From assembly GCA_965204725.1 (NCBI GenBank), contig OZ242005.1, positions 1,184,001-1,248,000 on the forward strand: 64,000 bases of DNA. Direction: 5' to 3'. This stretch comes from Candidatus Latescibacterota bacterium (lineage in GTDB: Bacteria > Latescibacterota > UBA2968 > UBA8231). The first letter of the stretch is position 1, and each line of letters opens with the position of its first letter. Below are positions 1-8,290 of the stretch, piece after piece. Both the position numbers and the translations under genes were made by a program. The notes below the pieces were generated by a model, which was not told the DNA's origin, made no database searches, and worked only from the letters and a program-made list of their open reading frames with translations.

Positions 1-842
1 TCGTGCTCTACGACGATTTCCTCGGCCCGCATATCGCTGAGTCCAACCACCTCGGCCCGGGCATGGTGGATTACTACGCCGAGGCCGCGCCTGCGGTGGG
101 CCGCTACTGCATTCGCTGGGCCGAAGTGCCGCTCTACGGGTTCATTGGCTTCGACTTCAAGCCTTTTAAGGATCTGTCCGCGTTGGCCGCAACGGACTAT
201 GCGATTGAGTTCTGGGTGCGAGGGGATACGCCCGGCTCGTCGTTTGACATTCGCTTGGTCGATACCGATACGGAAGACCCGGACGACCGCCCGTGGCGCG
301 TGCGCTACACCCTAGACGAGCACGTCGTGCCGTGGGACGGCGCGTGGCACGCGGTGCGCATCCCCTTGCGCGACTTCGCCGAGCACGGAGCTTGGGAGAA
401 CGAGTGGTTCGAGCCGATGGGCGCGTTCGACTGGCAGGCGGTCGATCGCTTCGACATCGTGGCCGAGCACCATCCGCTAGACGGAATCCAGTTCTGGTTC
501 GACGAGTTGCGGATTGTGGGACCGGTCCCGACGGCCGTGCGCTCTGAGGCCGCGTCTCAGCCGGTCGCGCTGGCGTTGGCCGCCAATTATCCCAACCCGT
601 TCAACGCGACGACCGCGATCGGCTACGCGCTACCGGCCGCCGAGCCGATGCACTTGGCGGTCTATGCGCTGAACGGCCAGCCGGTGCGGACCCTCGTGCA
701 GGGCGTGGTCGCTCCGGGGTGGCACGAGGCGCGATGGGATGGGCGCGACGACGCCGGGCGGGCCGTGGCCAGCGGCGTGTACTTGTATCGCTTGGCCACT
801 GTAGGCGAGGTGCGGACCGGAAAGATGACGTTGGTGCGCTGA
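1..842 (+). CDS. 5'-partial secreted protein: carbohydrate-binding-like beta-sandwich plus C-terminal FlgD-Ig (T9SS-like) sorting domain
   Basis: ORF open from the window edge; W/D-rich domain (DGAWHAVRIPLRDF, WFDELRIV) followed by PTAV...LAANYPNPFN...VRTLV...WDGRDDAGRAVASGVYLYRL...KMTLVR. Confidence 0.8.
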   Translation, partial: VLYDDFLGPHIAESNHLGPGMVDYYAEAAPAVGRYCIRWAEVPLYGFIGFDFKPFKDLSALAATDYAIEFWVRGDTPGSSFDIRLVDTDTEDPDDRPWRVRYTLDEHVVPWDGAWHAVRIPLRDFAEHGAWENEWFEPMGAFDWQAVDRFDIVAEHHPLDGIQFWFDELRIVGPVPTAVRSEAASQPVALALAANYPNPFNATTAIGYALPAAEPMHLAVYALNGQPVRTLVQGVVAPGWHEARWDGRDDAGRAVASGVYLYRLATVGEVRTGKMTLVR

Positions 843-897
843 AGATAGGGCTGCTGGCCCGCATTTTGCTTTTGCTAAACAGCGAAGCCCCTATCTA

Positions 898-926
898 TTG
901 AAGGGGTATCCGTCGGCGAGTATATT
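898..926 (+). promoter_or_regulatory. sigma70-like promoter
   Basis: TTGAAG-17 nt-TATATT upstream of AAGGAG RBS and ATG 945. Confidence 0.45.
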
Positions 927-944
927 GAACCTACCCAGAAGGAG

Positions 945-1292
945 ATGGCAGGCATGGCAGAACGTTCCCCCCTCAACTACGGCGACCGCATTGGCCGCCT
1001 AGAAGGAATCATTGAGCAAATCAACGACCGCCTCGGCAGCTTGGAGGCTCGCGTGAGCGACTTGGAGGCCCGCATGAGTCGCTTGGAGGCTCGCATGAGT
1101 CGCTTGGAGGCCTGCATGAGCAGCTTGAAGAGCAGCTTAGAGGCCCGCATGAGCGACTTAGAGGCTCGCATGAGTCGTTTGGAGAGCAGTCACCGGCGGG
1201 ACTTTCGCTGGCTAGTCGGCACGATGATAGGAATGTGGGTGACGACGATGGGCCTGCTCTTGACGATAACGATCAAGGTATTTGCAGGTTAG
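945..1292 (+). CDS. small coiled-coil protein with C-terminal membrane anchor (DUF1640/CCDC90-like)
   Basis: heptad repeats LEARMSR/D, then FRWLVGTMIGMWV hydrophobic tail; good RBS. Confidence 0.75.
   Translation: MAGMAERSPLNYGDRIGRLEGIIEQINDRLGSLEARVSDLEARMSRLEARMSRLEACMSSLKSSLEARMSDLEARMSRLESSHRRDFRWLVGTMIGMWVTTMGLLLTITIKVFAG
1041..1185 (+). repeat. 21-bp coding tandem repeat (about 6 units)
   Basis: units like ttggaggctcgcatgagtcgc encoding LEARMSR. Confidence 0.85.
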
Positions 1293-1302
1293 CCGAAAGC
1301 GT

Positions 1303-1336
1303 CCGGGACGGAGGGCGTCTCGCCCTCCATCCTCGG
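1303..1336. terminator. hairpin between convergent genes
   Basis: ggacggagggcg-tct-cgccctccatcc stem just after stop 1292. Confidence 0.5.
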
Positions 1337-1490
1337 CAGACTAGGGGGCGCGTAGTACGAGCCGAAACTGTTACCGTCGAGACCCCGAGCGTTACCTTTC
1401 CTTCACAATTCCCCCTACGGATTTCCAGCACTGCAAAATCAGGTCGCGGCGACGATGGGCCGCCGTGAGAACGCAGGTCGATACAGATTC

Positions 1491-2954
1491 CTATTCAGCA
1501 GGTCGTGCATGGGTGCGGTCTTCGAGCCAGTAGGCGTAGAGACGCGCTTGGTGCAGGTAGAACTTCAGGCGCACTGGTCGTTCAAATACTAGGTCGTGCG
1601 GGTGCTTCCACACGTATTTGGCCCGCAGGCTGTCGCCGGTAAAGGGCGGCGGTTCCTCGCCCGGCACCCAGAAGTTGGGGAGGGGCTTGCCGGTCTCGGC
1701 GTCTTGGATCTCGGCGTAGATTTCGCCCCAGCGGGCGTTGGCGTTGAGGTAGAGGTCTTCGCCGCGCCAGTGGAAGGGCTGGGTGACGACGGTGGCGATT
1801 TCGTCTCCGTTGATGGAGACGAAGCGGTCGGGCGGCAGCTTGGCCAGGCAGAGGGCACCCGGATCGGCGAAGTGGCGATCTTCTACGCCGAGCCGGAACA
1901 ACTCCTTGTAGCGGTTGAAGCGCCGGTACATTTCCACGCTGCCCGGCATGCGGAGGGCATTGTAGTAAATCCAAATCTCGCCATCTTTGCGGATCAGCGG
2001 CGCACCGGCCATGAGGAGCTGGCTGGTGCCGTAGTTTTCCCCGTCAAAAGGTTCGATGCCAATAAAGGGCGTGCGGTCGGCCACGCGATCCCAAGTGTGC
2101 AGATCGCGCGAGACGGCCATTTCGATCTGATTGATGCGGGTGAAATTGGTGGCTGGCGGCGGGATGGCGCCAATCGGGTTGAAAACCGTGGGGAAGCCGA
2201 TGTACAGCCCCTGATAGGGCATGACGGCCATGTTGTAGATCTCGGCGGGATAGGCTTCGTCGTCGAGTATCGGCGGCGCGATGTACGCGGGGTCGTCGAT
2301 GAGGGTGCGGACGCGCTGGCGGGCGTTTTTCGAGTCGGTTTCGTCGGCGTGGAAGATGAGTTCGGGCGCGGTGAAGTGATCAAAGTCGCGGCTGGTCGCC
2401 AGCCAGACCGAGCGGCCCCACTCGGTGGGCTGCTTGACCATGGCGAGAAATTGCTCGGTGTAGGGATCGTACGCGAACTGGGACTCGTCTTGGCTGGGGA
2501 TGAAGGAGTGGGGCAGCGCGGTCCAGGCAAAGCCGTCGGGCGAGGTGGCGCCGCAGCGGCCGTCGGGCGCGGCGAACAGGGCCTTGTAGCGGCGGTTCGG
2601 GTCTGGGTCGCGCTCATCGCGGACGATGTGGTATAGGCCCGGGCCGTTGGGGGCGCAGGCGATGTTGTTGTCTTTGTTGCCGTTCCACTCGTATAGCCCG
2701 AGGGAGGGTTGTTCCCAGTGCTCGCCGTCGCCAGAGACGGCAAAGCGGGCCTGCGGGCCGTTGTACCACCACTCGTAGCGCGCCTCGTCCGGGTTCCACA
2801 AGGGCGCACTGCGGCTTTGGATGCCGCCGGTGATGAGGGGGCCGCACCTTTTGGGAGAATGCAGGGTGCGGGTGGTGCCTTGCTCGGCGACTAAGGCGCG
2901 GCTGTCGAGGAAGAGCTGGCGGTGCTTTTTGGGGTCGATGAGTGCGGTGGCCAT
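1491..2954 (-). CDS. five-bladed beta-propeller glycoside hydrolase-like protein (GH32/GH43/GH130-like)
   Basis: 487 aa; LFLD start, SxDGxxW/SRD Asp-box-like repeats, RRYKAL, C-terminal LYLNA...VRLKFYL..A.LYAY domain. Confidence 0.65.
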   Translation of the reverse strand: MATALIDPKKHRQLFLDSRALVAEQGTTRTLHSPKRCGPLITGGIQSRSAPLWNPDEARYEWWYNGPQARFAVSGDGEHWEQPSLGLYEWNGNKDNNIACAPNGPGLYHIVRDERDPDPNRRYKALFAAPDGRCGATSPDGFAWTALPHSFIPSQDESQFAYDPYTEQFLAMVKQPTEWGRSVWLATSRDFDHFTAPELIFHADETDSKNARQRVRTLIDDPAYIAPPILDDEAYPAEIYNMAVMPYQGLYIGFPTVFNPIGAIPPPATNFTRINQIEMAVSRDLHTWDRVADRTPFIGIEPFDGENYGTSQLLMAGAPLIRKDGEIWIYYNALRMPGSVEMYRRFNRYKELFRLGVEDRHFADPGALCLAKLPPDRFVSINGDEIATVVTQPFHWRGEDLYLNANARWGEIYAEIQDAETGKPLPNFWVPGEEPPPFTGDSLRAKYVWKHPHDLVFERPVRLKFYLHQARLYAYWLEDRTHARPAE

Positions 2955-2959
2955 CGGTA

Positions 2960-3232
2960 TCAGGTGTCGCCCATAGCGTATTCCCGGATGTTCACTTCCG
3001 TTCGCTGGATAGCATAGCCGTTTTTACTAATTTGTCTCAGAATTTTGTCAACATTCGCCCCAATCCGCTTTTCCCCAGGCCTCATATCAAGGTGCTTAAA
3101 TTCCACGAGTTCCCCGAGCTTGTTGCGAATGTTGGCCGGAACACTGTCCGCATCTTTCTCTATAGGAATGACGAGAAAGGTGAATTTACCTGGTACTTGA
3201 GGCGTTCGTGCTTTGAAAATTTTTACGTGCAT
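2960..3232 (-). CDS. YcgL-domain-like small protein
   Basis: 90 aa, AT-richer; pattern IFK...TFLVIP..D.DSVP..I...LG.......L......R..A.V..I...I.K.GY.IQ resembles YcgL; GAGG RBS. Confidence 0.55.
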   Translation of the reverse strand: MHVKIFKARTPQVPGKFTFLVIPIEKDADSVPANIRNKLGELVEFKHLDMRPGEKRIGANVDKILRQISKNGYAIQRTEVNIREYAMGDT

Positions 3233-3454
3233 AACGATACCTCTTGCGGTTAGAACGTTTGGTGATTATCGAAAAACGATCTAGCGACGTAGTTTCCTGT
3301 GTCTGGCAAAGCCCACCGCGTATTCATCCAAGTAAGCATATGCACAAACATCAAGAACAATTGATTCGACTGACGCGCAAGGATACCTCCTCCCCTCTAC
3401 TTCTGTCATAACTGGTGGCGTTTGGGCGAGCAGGTTTGATTCTAAATTTGTCGC

Positions 3455-4456
3455 TCATAGCGCGAATGGCGGAATGCGGAGGAACGCGCCCCCTTGTCGG
3501 GCCGACTCTTGGGCCAGCAGGCAGGCTTGGGCGGTGGCGAACACCGAGCGGGTGGGGATGAATGGGTCGGTGCCGCGTTCAATGGCGTCGATCAGGTTGG
3601 CGACGAACGCGCCGCTTTGGTCTGTGGGCAAATCGGGTGTGTACGGGCTGCGCTCGTTGGTGGCGATGAGCAAGTGGTCAGCGGCATAGGCCCGTAGGTG
3701 GGCCGAGCCGGCCGTGCCCATGATGATGAAGCGGGTGTCGCCAAACGAGGGCGCGGCTTGGGGCGTGAGCCAGTCGGCGGTGAGGGTTGCCAACGCGCCG
3801 TCGGATAACGCGAAGGAAGCCTGTACGTGGTCGTCTAAGCGCGGCTCAGCCGTGAACCGCTTGCAGGTGGCGAGGGCGTGGACGCCGACGCATTCGGCGC
3901 CGGTGAGCCAGCGGACTTGATCGACGCCGTGGCACGCTAGGTCGTGGAACGCACCTGTGTACTGATTGGGGTCGAAATACCAAGCCGGGGCGGTGGCGCG
4001 GCCGAGCTTGTGCGGGTGCGTGGAAATGAGGCTGGCGATGGTCCCGAGGGCGTCGTCGAGGATGGCTTGGCGCAGGGCGATGAACGGCGGATAGCTGCGC
4101 GAGGTGAACCACATAGATACGTGGATTGTACTGGCGGCGACCGCACGGCGCATGCGCTCCCAGTCGTCGAGTGTGCGGCACAGGGGTTTGTCGAGGAGCA
4201 GGTGAATGCCGGCGCGGGCGCAGGTTTCTACGAGCGCGGTTTTCTCGGGGTGGATCAAGCCTTCGAGGATTAGCTCGGGTTGGGCGCGGTCGATTAGGTC
4301 CGCCAAGGTGGCGAAGCGGGGGATGGATGCGTAGCGGGCGCAGAGCGCGTCGTCGGCTTCGACCAAGCCGACGATCTGGCCGTTTGACGCCTGCACGGCG
4401 GATTGGATCATGCCGCCGATGTGCCCATAGTGAACGCCCACGATGCCGATGCGCAT
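3455..4456 (-). CDS. Gfo/Idh/MocA family oxidoreductase
   Basis: MRIGIVG Rossmann start, LLDKPL, DLACHGVD motifs. Confidence 0.85.
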   Translation of the reverse strand: MRIGIVGVHYGHIGGMIQSAVQASNGQIVGLVEADDALCARYASIPRFATLADLIDRAQPELILEGLIHPEKTALVETCARAGIHLLLDKPLCRTLDDWERMRRAVAASTIHVSMWFTSRSYPPFIALRQAILDDALGTIASLISTHPHKLGRATAPAWYFDPNQYTGAFHDLACHGVDQVRWLTGAECVGVHALATCKRFTAEPRLDDHVQASFALSDGALATLTADWLTPQAAPSFGDTRFIIMGTAGSAHLRAYAADHLLIATNERSPYTPDLPTDQSGAFVANLIDAIERGTDPFIPTRSVFATAQACLLAQESARQGGAFLRIPPFAL

Positions 4457-4540
4457 GATAAACTCTCCGGGTGAAGCCGATGGGATGGATGGGGTGCGCG
4501 AAAAAATAAGACGCGGCCGCTTAACGCGCTACGATAGCAA

Positions 4541-6307
4541 TCAGGGAACCGACAACTTCCGCACATACACGTAATAAGGGGCGATGGTCCGCTCGGCGCG
4601 ATCGTAGAACGAGGCGTAGAGCCGATCGGGGCCAGCGGCGAGGTCGAGCTCAAAGCAGACGCTCGGCGCGTGGGGATCGACTTCGCGCTGGAGATTCTGG
4701 CCGCCGATTGTTAGCTGCGCCCAGCCGAGGGCGAGGGCGACCCCACCTTCGTAGGCCGGGGCCTCTTTGGGCAGGATGCCGGCGCGGTACCAGCCGCTGT
4801 CGTCGCCCTCAATGCCCGCCGCCAGCGCGTAGTCGGTTTCCTCGGGCCAGCGCCGCAGCTCAATCTGGTAGCGGCCCGCCTCTTTGACCTCAACGGCCCA
4901 AAAACCACTCGTGACCTGCCCGGCGCGGACTTGGCGCTGATTCCAGACGGCACTACACGCCTCATTGCGGATGTCGTGGGTGGTGAGTTTGACCGGTTGG
5001 TCGTCCCCGCCCAAGGCCATGGGTTCGTCGCGGTCGAACTGCGCGGACACGAGCGTCCACCAGTCATCGTACGCAGCGCGCAGGTCGGCGACCCTGTCGG
5101 GATGCGCTGCGGCGACATCTTGCCGCTGGCCGGGATCGGCGTCGAGATCGTAGAGCGCGCGGCCGTCAATGAGCCGCCACTTGCCCTTCATCACCGCGCT
5201 CTTGCGCCACTTGACCGGATTGGCCACGCGCTGGGTGTCGCAGACGTTGACGCGCTCGGCCCAAGCGGCCTCATCTGCGCCGCGCAGCAGCGGCCCTAAG
5301 CTCTGGCCGTGGAAGGTGCGGCCGGCCGGGACTTCCACCTCGCACAAGTCGAGCAGGGTCGGCATGAAATCCACGTAGCTGGTCAGCGCGTCGATGTCGC
5401 GGCCGCCGGCGATGTGCCCGCTGGGGTAGCGGATGAGAAAGGGCACGCGATGACCGCCTTCGTAAGGGGACCCTTTTTTGCCGCGCATTCCAGCGTTGTA
5501 GCTACCCGGCCCTTCGCAAGGGAACTGATCGGCGTCTAATTCGACGCCCGTGGCTGTGCCGTTGTCGGTCATAAAGACGAGGATGGTATGATCGGCGATT
5601 CCGAGCGCGTCGAGTGCGTCCTGCAAGCGGCCAAAGTTTTCGTCGATGTTGGTGATCATGCCGTAGAACCGGGCGCGGTCTTCGTGCGGAGTGACGTCGC
5701 GGTAGGGCTCGACGTAGCGCGGCTCGACGTTGAGCGGCCCGTGCGGCGCGTTGGTCGCGATGTAACAGAAAAAGGGCTGGTCGGCGTTTTCTGCGATAAA
5801 GCGCCGGCCCTCGCGGAAGAACACGTCCGTACAGTAGCCCTCATATCGAGTGGGGACGCCGTTTTTGAAATAGGTGTCGTCAAAGTAGTCGTTGCCCCAA
5901 GCGTCGCCGGTGTTGCCGATGCCGCCGCCGGCGTGATAGATGGATTCGGCAAAGCCGCGCTCGTGCGGACGATAAGGGGGGCTGTCGCCGAGGTGCCACT
6001 TGCCGAAGTGCCCGGTGCGGTAGCCGGTGCCCGCGAGCGCGTCCGCGAGGGTCCACTCGTCGCGGCGCAATAGGGAGCGCCCGCCGATGGTGTGCCAAAC
6101 GCCCGCGCTGTTGCAATAGTGCCCGGTGAGCAGGCCGGCGCGGGTGGGGGCGCAGGTGGAGCCGACGTGGTAATCGGTGAAGCGCACGGCGTCTTGGTGG
6201 AAGCGGTCGAGGCAGGGCGTGCGGATTGCGCTGTTGCCGTGGCAGCCCAAGTCGCCGTAGCCTTGGTCGTCGGTGAGCACGAAGACGATGTTGGGGCGTG
6301 GGGCCAT
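4541..6307 (-). CDS. arylsulfatase (formylglycine-dependent)
   Basis: PNIVFVLTDDQG, CAPTRAGLLTG (CxPxR), GKWHLG, TDNG, EGGHRVP. Confidence 0.93.
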   Translation of the reverse strand: MAPRPNIVFVLTDDQGYGDLGCHGNSAIRTPCLDRFHQDAVRFTDYHVGSTCAPTRAGLLTGHYCNSAGVWHTIGGRSLLRRDEWTLADALAGTGYRTGHFGKWHLGDSPPYRPHERGFAESIYHAGGGIGNTGDAWGNDYFDDTYFKNGVPTRYEGYCTDVFFREGRRFIAENADQPFFCYIATNAPHGPLNVEPRYVEPYRDVTPHEDRARFYGMITNIDENFGRLQDALDALGIADHTILVFMTDNGTATGVELDADQFPCEGPGSYNAGMRGKKGSPYEGGHRVPFLIRYPSGHIAGGRDIDALTSYVDFMPTLLDLCEVEVPAGRTFHGQSLGPLLRGADEAAWAERVNVCDTQRVANPVKWRKSAVMKGKWRLIDGRALYDLDADPGQRQDVAAAHPDRVADLRAAYDDWWTLVSAQFDRDEPMALGGDDQPVKLTTHDIRNEACSAVWNQRQVRAGQVTSGFWAVEVKEAGRYQIELRRWPEETDYALAAGIEGDDSGWYRAGILPKEAPAYEGGVALALGWAQLTIGGQNLQREVDPHAPSVCFELDLAAGPDRLYASFYDRAERTIAPYYVYVRKLSVP

Positions 6308-6308
6308 G

Positions 6309-7049
6309 CTATTGTTCCTGTTGGGCGCGCCACGCTTCGTATTCGGCGCGGGCTTCTTCGCTGAGGGGGTAGTACTTGCGCAGGTGTCCCCCCTCGGCCA
6401 GCTTCATGCGGCTAAAGTCCTCCCACTCGGCGTGGGCTTGGGCCTTTTCGGTGAGTTCGGGGGCGAGCTGGGCCGGGACGACGGTGGCGCCGTCGTCGTC
6501 GGCGACGATGATGTCGCCGGGCATAACTAAGGTGTCGCCGCAAGCGATGGGCACGTTGACGGCAAAGGGGAAGATGTTGGTTTGGGTGTGGAAGTTGGGC
6601 GTTGTGCCGCGCAGCCAAAGCCCGAGGTCGAGGTCTTTGAGCACCTTGGGAAAGTCGCGGATGCAGCCATCGATGACTGCGCCTTGGCCGCCGCGCCCCA
6701 TGAAGAAGGTAAGCATCATCTCGCCGAAAACCCCGCTGTGCATGTCGCCGCGTGCATCGACGACGATGATGTCGCCGGGTTGGGTGTGGTAGAGCGCGTG
6801 GCGGTGGAGCTGTTTTTCCGGGTCGGCGTATTCGTCAACCGAGTATTGGTCTTCGCGCTTGGGCATGAACTGCAAGGTCAGAGCCGGGCCGACGACGTGC
6901 TTGCCTAAGGTGCGGGCGACCGGGCCTTGGATATGGGGGTCGCGGATGCCCAAGCGGGCTAGTTCGCCGGCCGCAGTCGCGCTGGAGATGGGGGCGAGGG
7001 CGTCGATGAGGTCTTTGGGGGGGCGTTGGATGTCGTTCGTTTGGACCAT
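6309..7049 (-). CDS. RraA/HMG-aldolase family protein
   Basis: GPALT, GDIIVVDARG, VIDGCIRD, PGDIIVADDDG; start moved to ATG 7049 after AGGAG RBS. Confidence 0.88.
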   Translation of the reverse strand: MVQTNDIQRPPKDLIDALAPISSATAAGELARLGIRDPHIQGPVARTLGKHVVGPALTLQFMPKREDQYSVDEYADPEKQLHRHALYHTQPGDIIVVDARGDMHSGVFGEMMLTFFMGRGGQGAVIDGCIRDFPKVLKDLDLGLWLRGTTPNFHTQTNIFPFAVNVPIACGDTLVMPGDIIVADDDGATVVPAQLAPELTEKAQAHAEWEDFSRMKLAEGGHLRKYYPLSEEARAEYEAWRAQQEQ

Positions 7050-7132
7050 GATAGCTCCTGTTTGGTCAATGAGGTTTGGGCACAATTTATACTCTTTGGC
7101 GTTAGAGGCAAATTTTAACTAGGAGGAAGATT

Positions 7133-8227
7133 ATGACGGTGGAAGATCGCGGCTCGGCCATTCGGGTTGAGCACCTGACGGCTATTCCGGTGGGGGGCAA
7201 AGGCTACGTGAAGGTGGAGACGAATATGGGGGTGGTCGGCTGGGGCGAAATCAACAATGTGGAGACTAAGGTCGCCTGCGCCTTGGCCGAGTCGCTGGGC
7301 TCGCTCATCATCGGAGAAAACCCGACGCGCATTGAGTTCCACTGGCAGCGGCTGTTCCGCGCGCACCGCAACCTGCGCGGCGGCGGGCTGATGATGCACG
7401 TGATTGCGGCCATTGACATGGCGCTGTGGGACCTTGCCGGCAAGCTCTATCAGGTGCCGGTGTATCGCTTGTTGGGCGGTCCCTGCCGCGACAAGGTGTG
7501 GATGTACCCGAGTTCCAAGGCGATCAAGGTCAGCCCCGGCGGCGCACGCTATCACGCGGGTACGCCCGCTGAGGTGGCGGAACTGGTGCAGCGCGTGGCC
7601 GCTGCCCGTGCCAAGGTGGGGCCGGATGGCGCCGTGATGTTCGATGCCCACAGCATGTTGCCGCTGCCGCTGGTCAAGCAATTTTCCGGTTATCTCAAGC
7701 CGGACGATTTGCTTTTTTTGGAAGAGGCGTGGGTGCCGGGCAACATTGAGGCCATGCACAAGCTGCGCGCGGCCGTGCCCGTGCCGTTGGCAACTGGGGA
7801 GCGCGACCGCACCATTTGGGAGGTGCGCGAGATTTTGGAGGCCCAAGTCGTCGATATCCTACAGCCCGACTGCGGCCACGGCGGCGGCATCAGCCAGATG
7901 CAGAAGGTCGCCGCTTTGTGCGAGGCGCATCACGTGCCGATTGCCCCGCATTGCACCATGTCGTTTTTGGGCTTGACGGCGAGCTTACACGTGGCGGCAT
8001 CGGTGGCGTTTTTCCTCATCCACGAGGGGTACGAGCACCAGTTGCCGGAAGGCGTGGCGCACAAGACGTGGACTTTGGACGCGGAGGGCTATGCGTCGCT
8101 GCCAGAGGGGCCGGGGTTGGGGGTGGAGATCGACGAGGAACGGGCGATTGCCGTGGGGCAGGAGCGCGCACGGCAGTTTAAGTGGCCGGATAATCGGCTG
8201 CGGGACGGGTCGGTGGCGGATTACTAA
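7133..8227 (+). CDS. mandelate racemase/muconate lactonizing enzyme family (galactonate dehydratase-like)
   Basis: GWGE, IDMALWDLAGK, LLGG..RD, FDAH, LEE, LATGER, LQPD..HGGGI, PEGPGLG; AGGAGG RBS. Confidence 0.9.
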   Translation: MTVEDRGSAIRVEHLTAIPVGGKGYVKVETNMGVVGWGEINNVETKVACALAESLGSLIIGENPTRIEFHWQRLFRAHRNLRGGGLMMHVIAAIDMALWDLAGKLYQVPVYRLLGGPCRDKVWMYPSSKAIKVSPGGARYHAGTPAEVAELVQRVAAARAKVGPDGAVMFDAHSMLPLPLVKQFSGYLKPDDLLFLEEAWVPGNIEAMHKLRAAVPVPLATGERDRTIWEVREILEAQVVDILQPDCGHGGGISQMQKVAALCEAHHVPIAPHCTMSFLGLTASLHVAASVAFFLIHEGYEHQLPEGVAHKTWTLDAEGYASLPEGPGLGVEIDEERAIAVGQERARQFKWPDNRLRDGSVADY

Positions 8228-8232
8228 GGCCC

Positions 8233-8275
8233 GCCCCCTTAGCTCCCTTGTGCCGCGAAAGGGAGCTAAGGGGGC
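8233..8275. terminator. perfect 17-bp stem hairpin between convergent genes
   Basis: gcccccttagctccctt ... aagggagctaagggggc. Confidence 0.7.
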
Positions 8276-8290
8276 AGGTAATTCGGTCTG

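Noticed and set aside
3233-3454. Integron attC site, or a PIN-like remnant after a GGAGGAGG RBS
   Set aside because: The GTTRRRY-like word is wrongly placed relative to the gene and there is no paired hairpin; the short reading needs a frameshift and is too weak to call.
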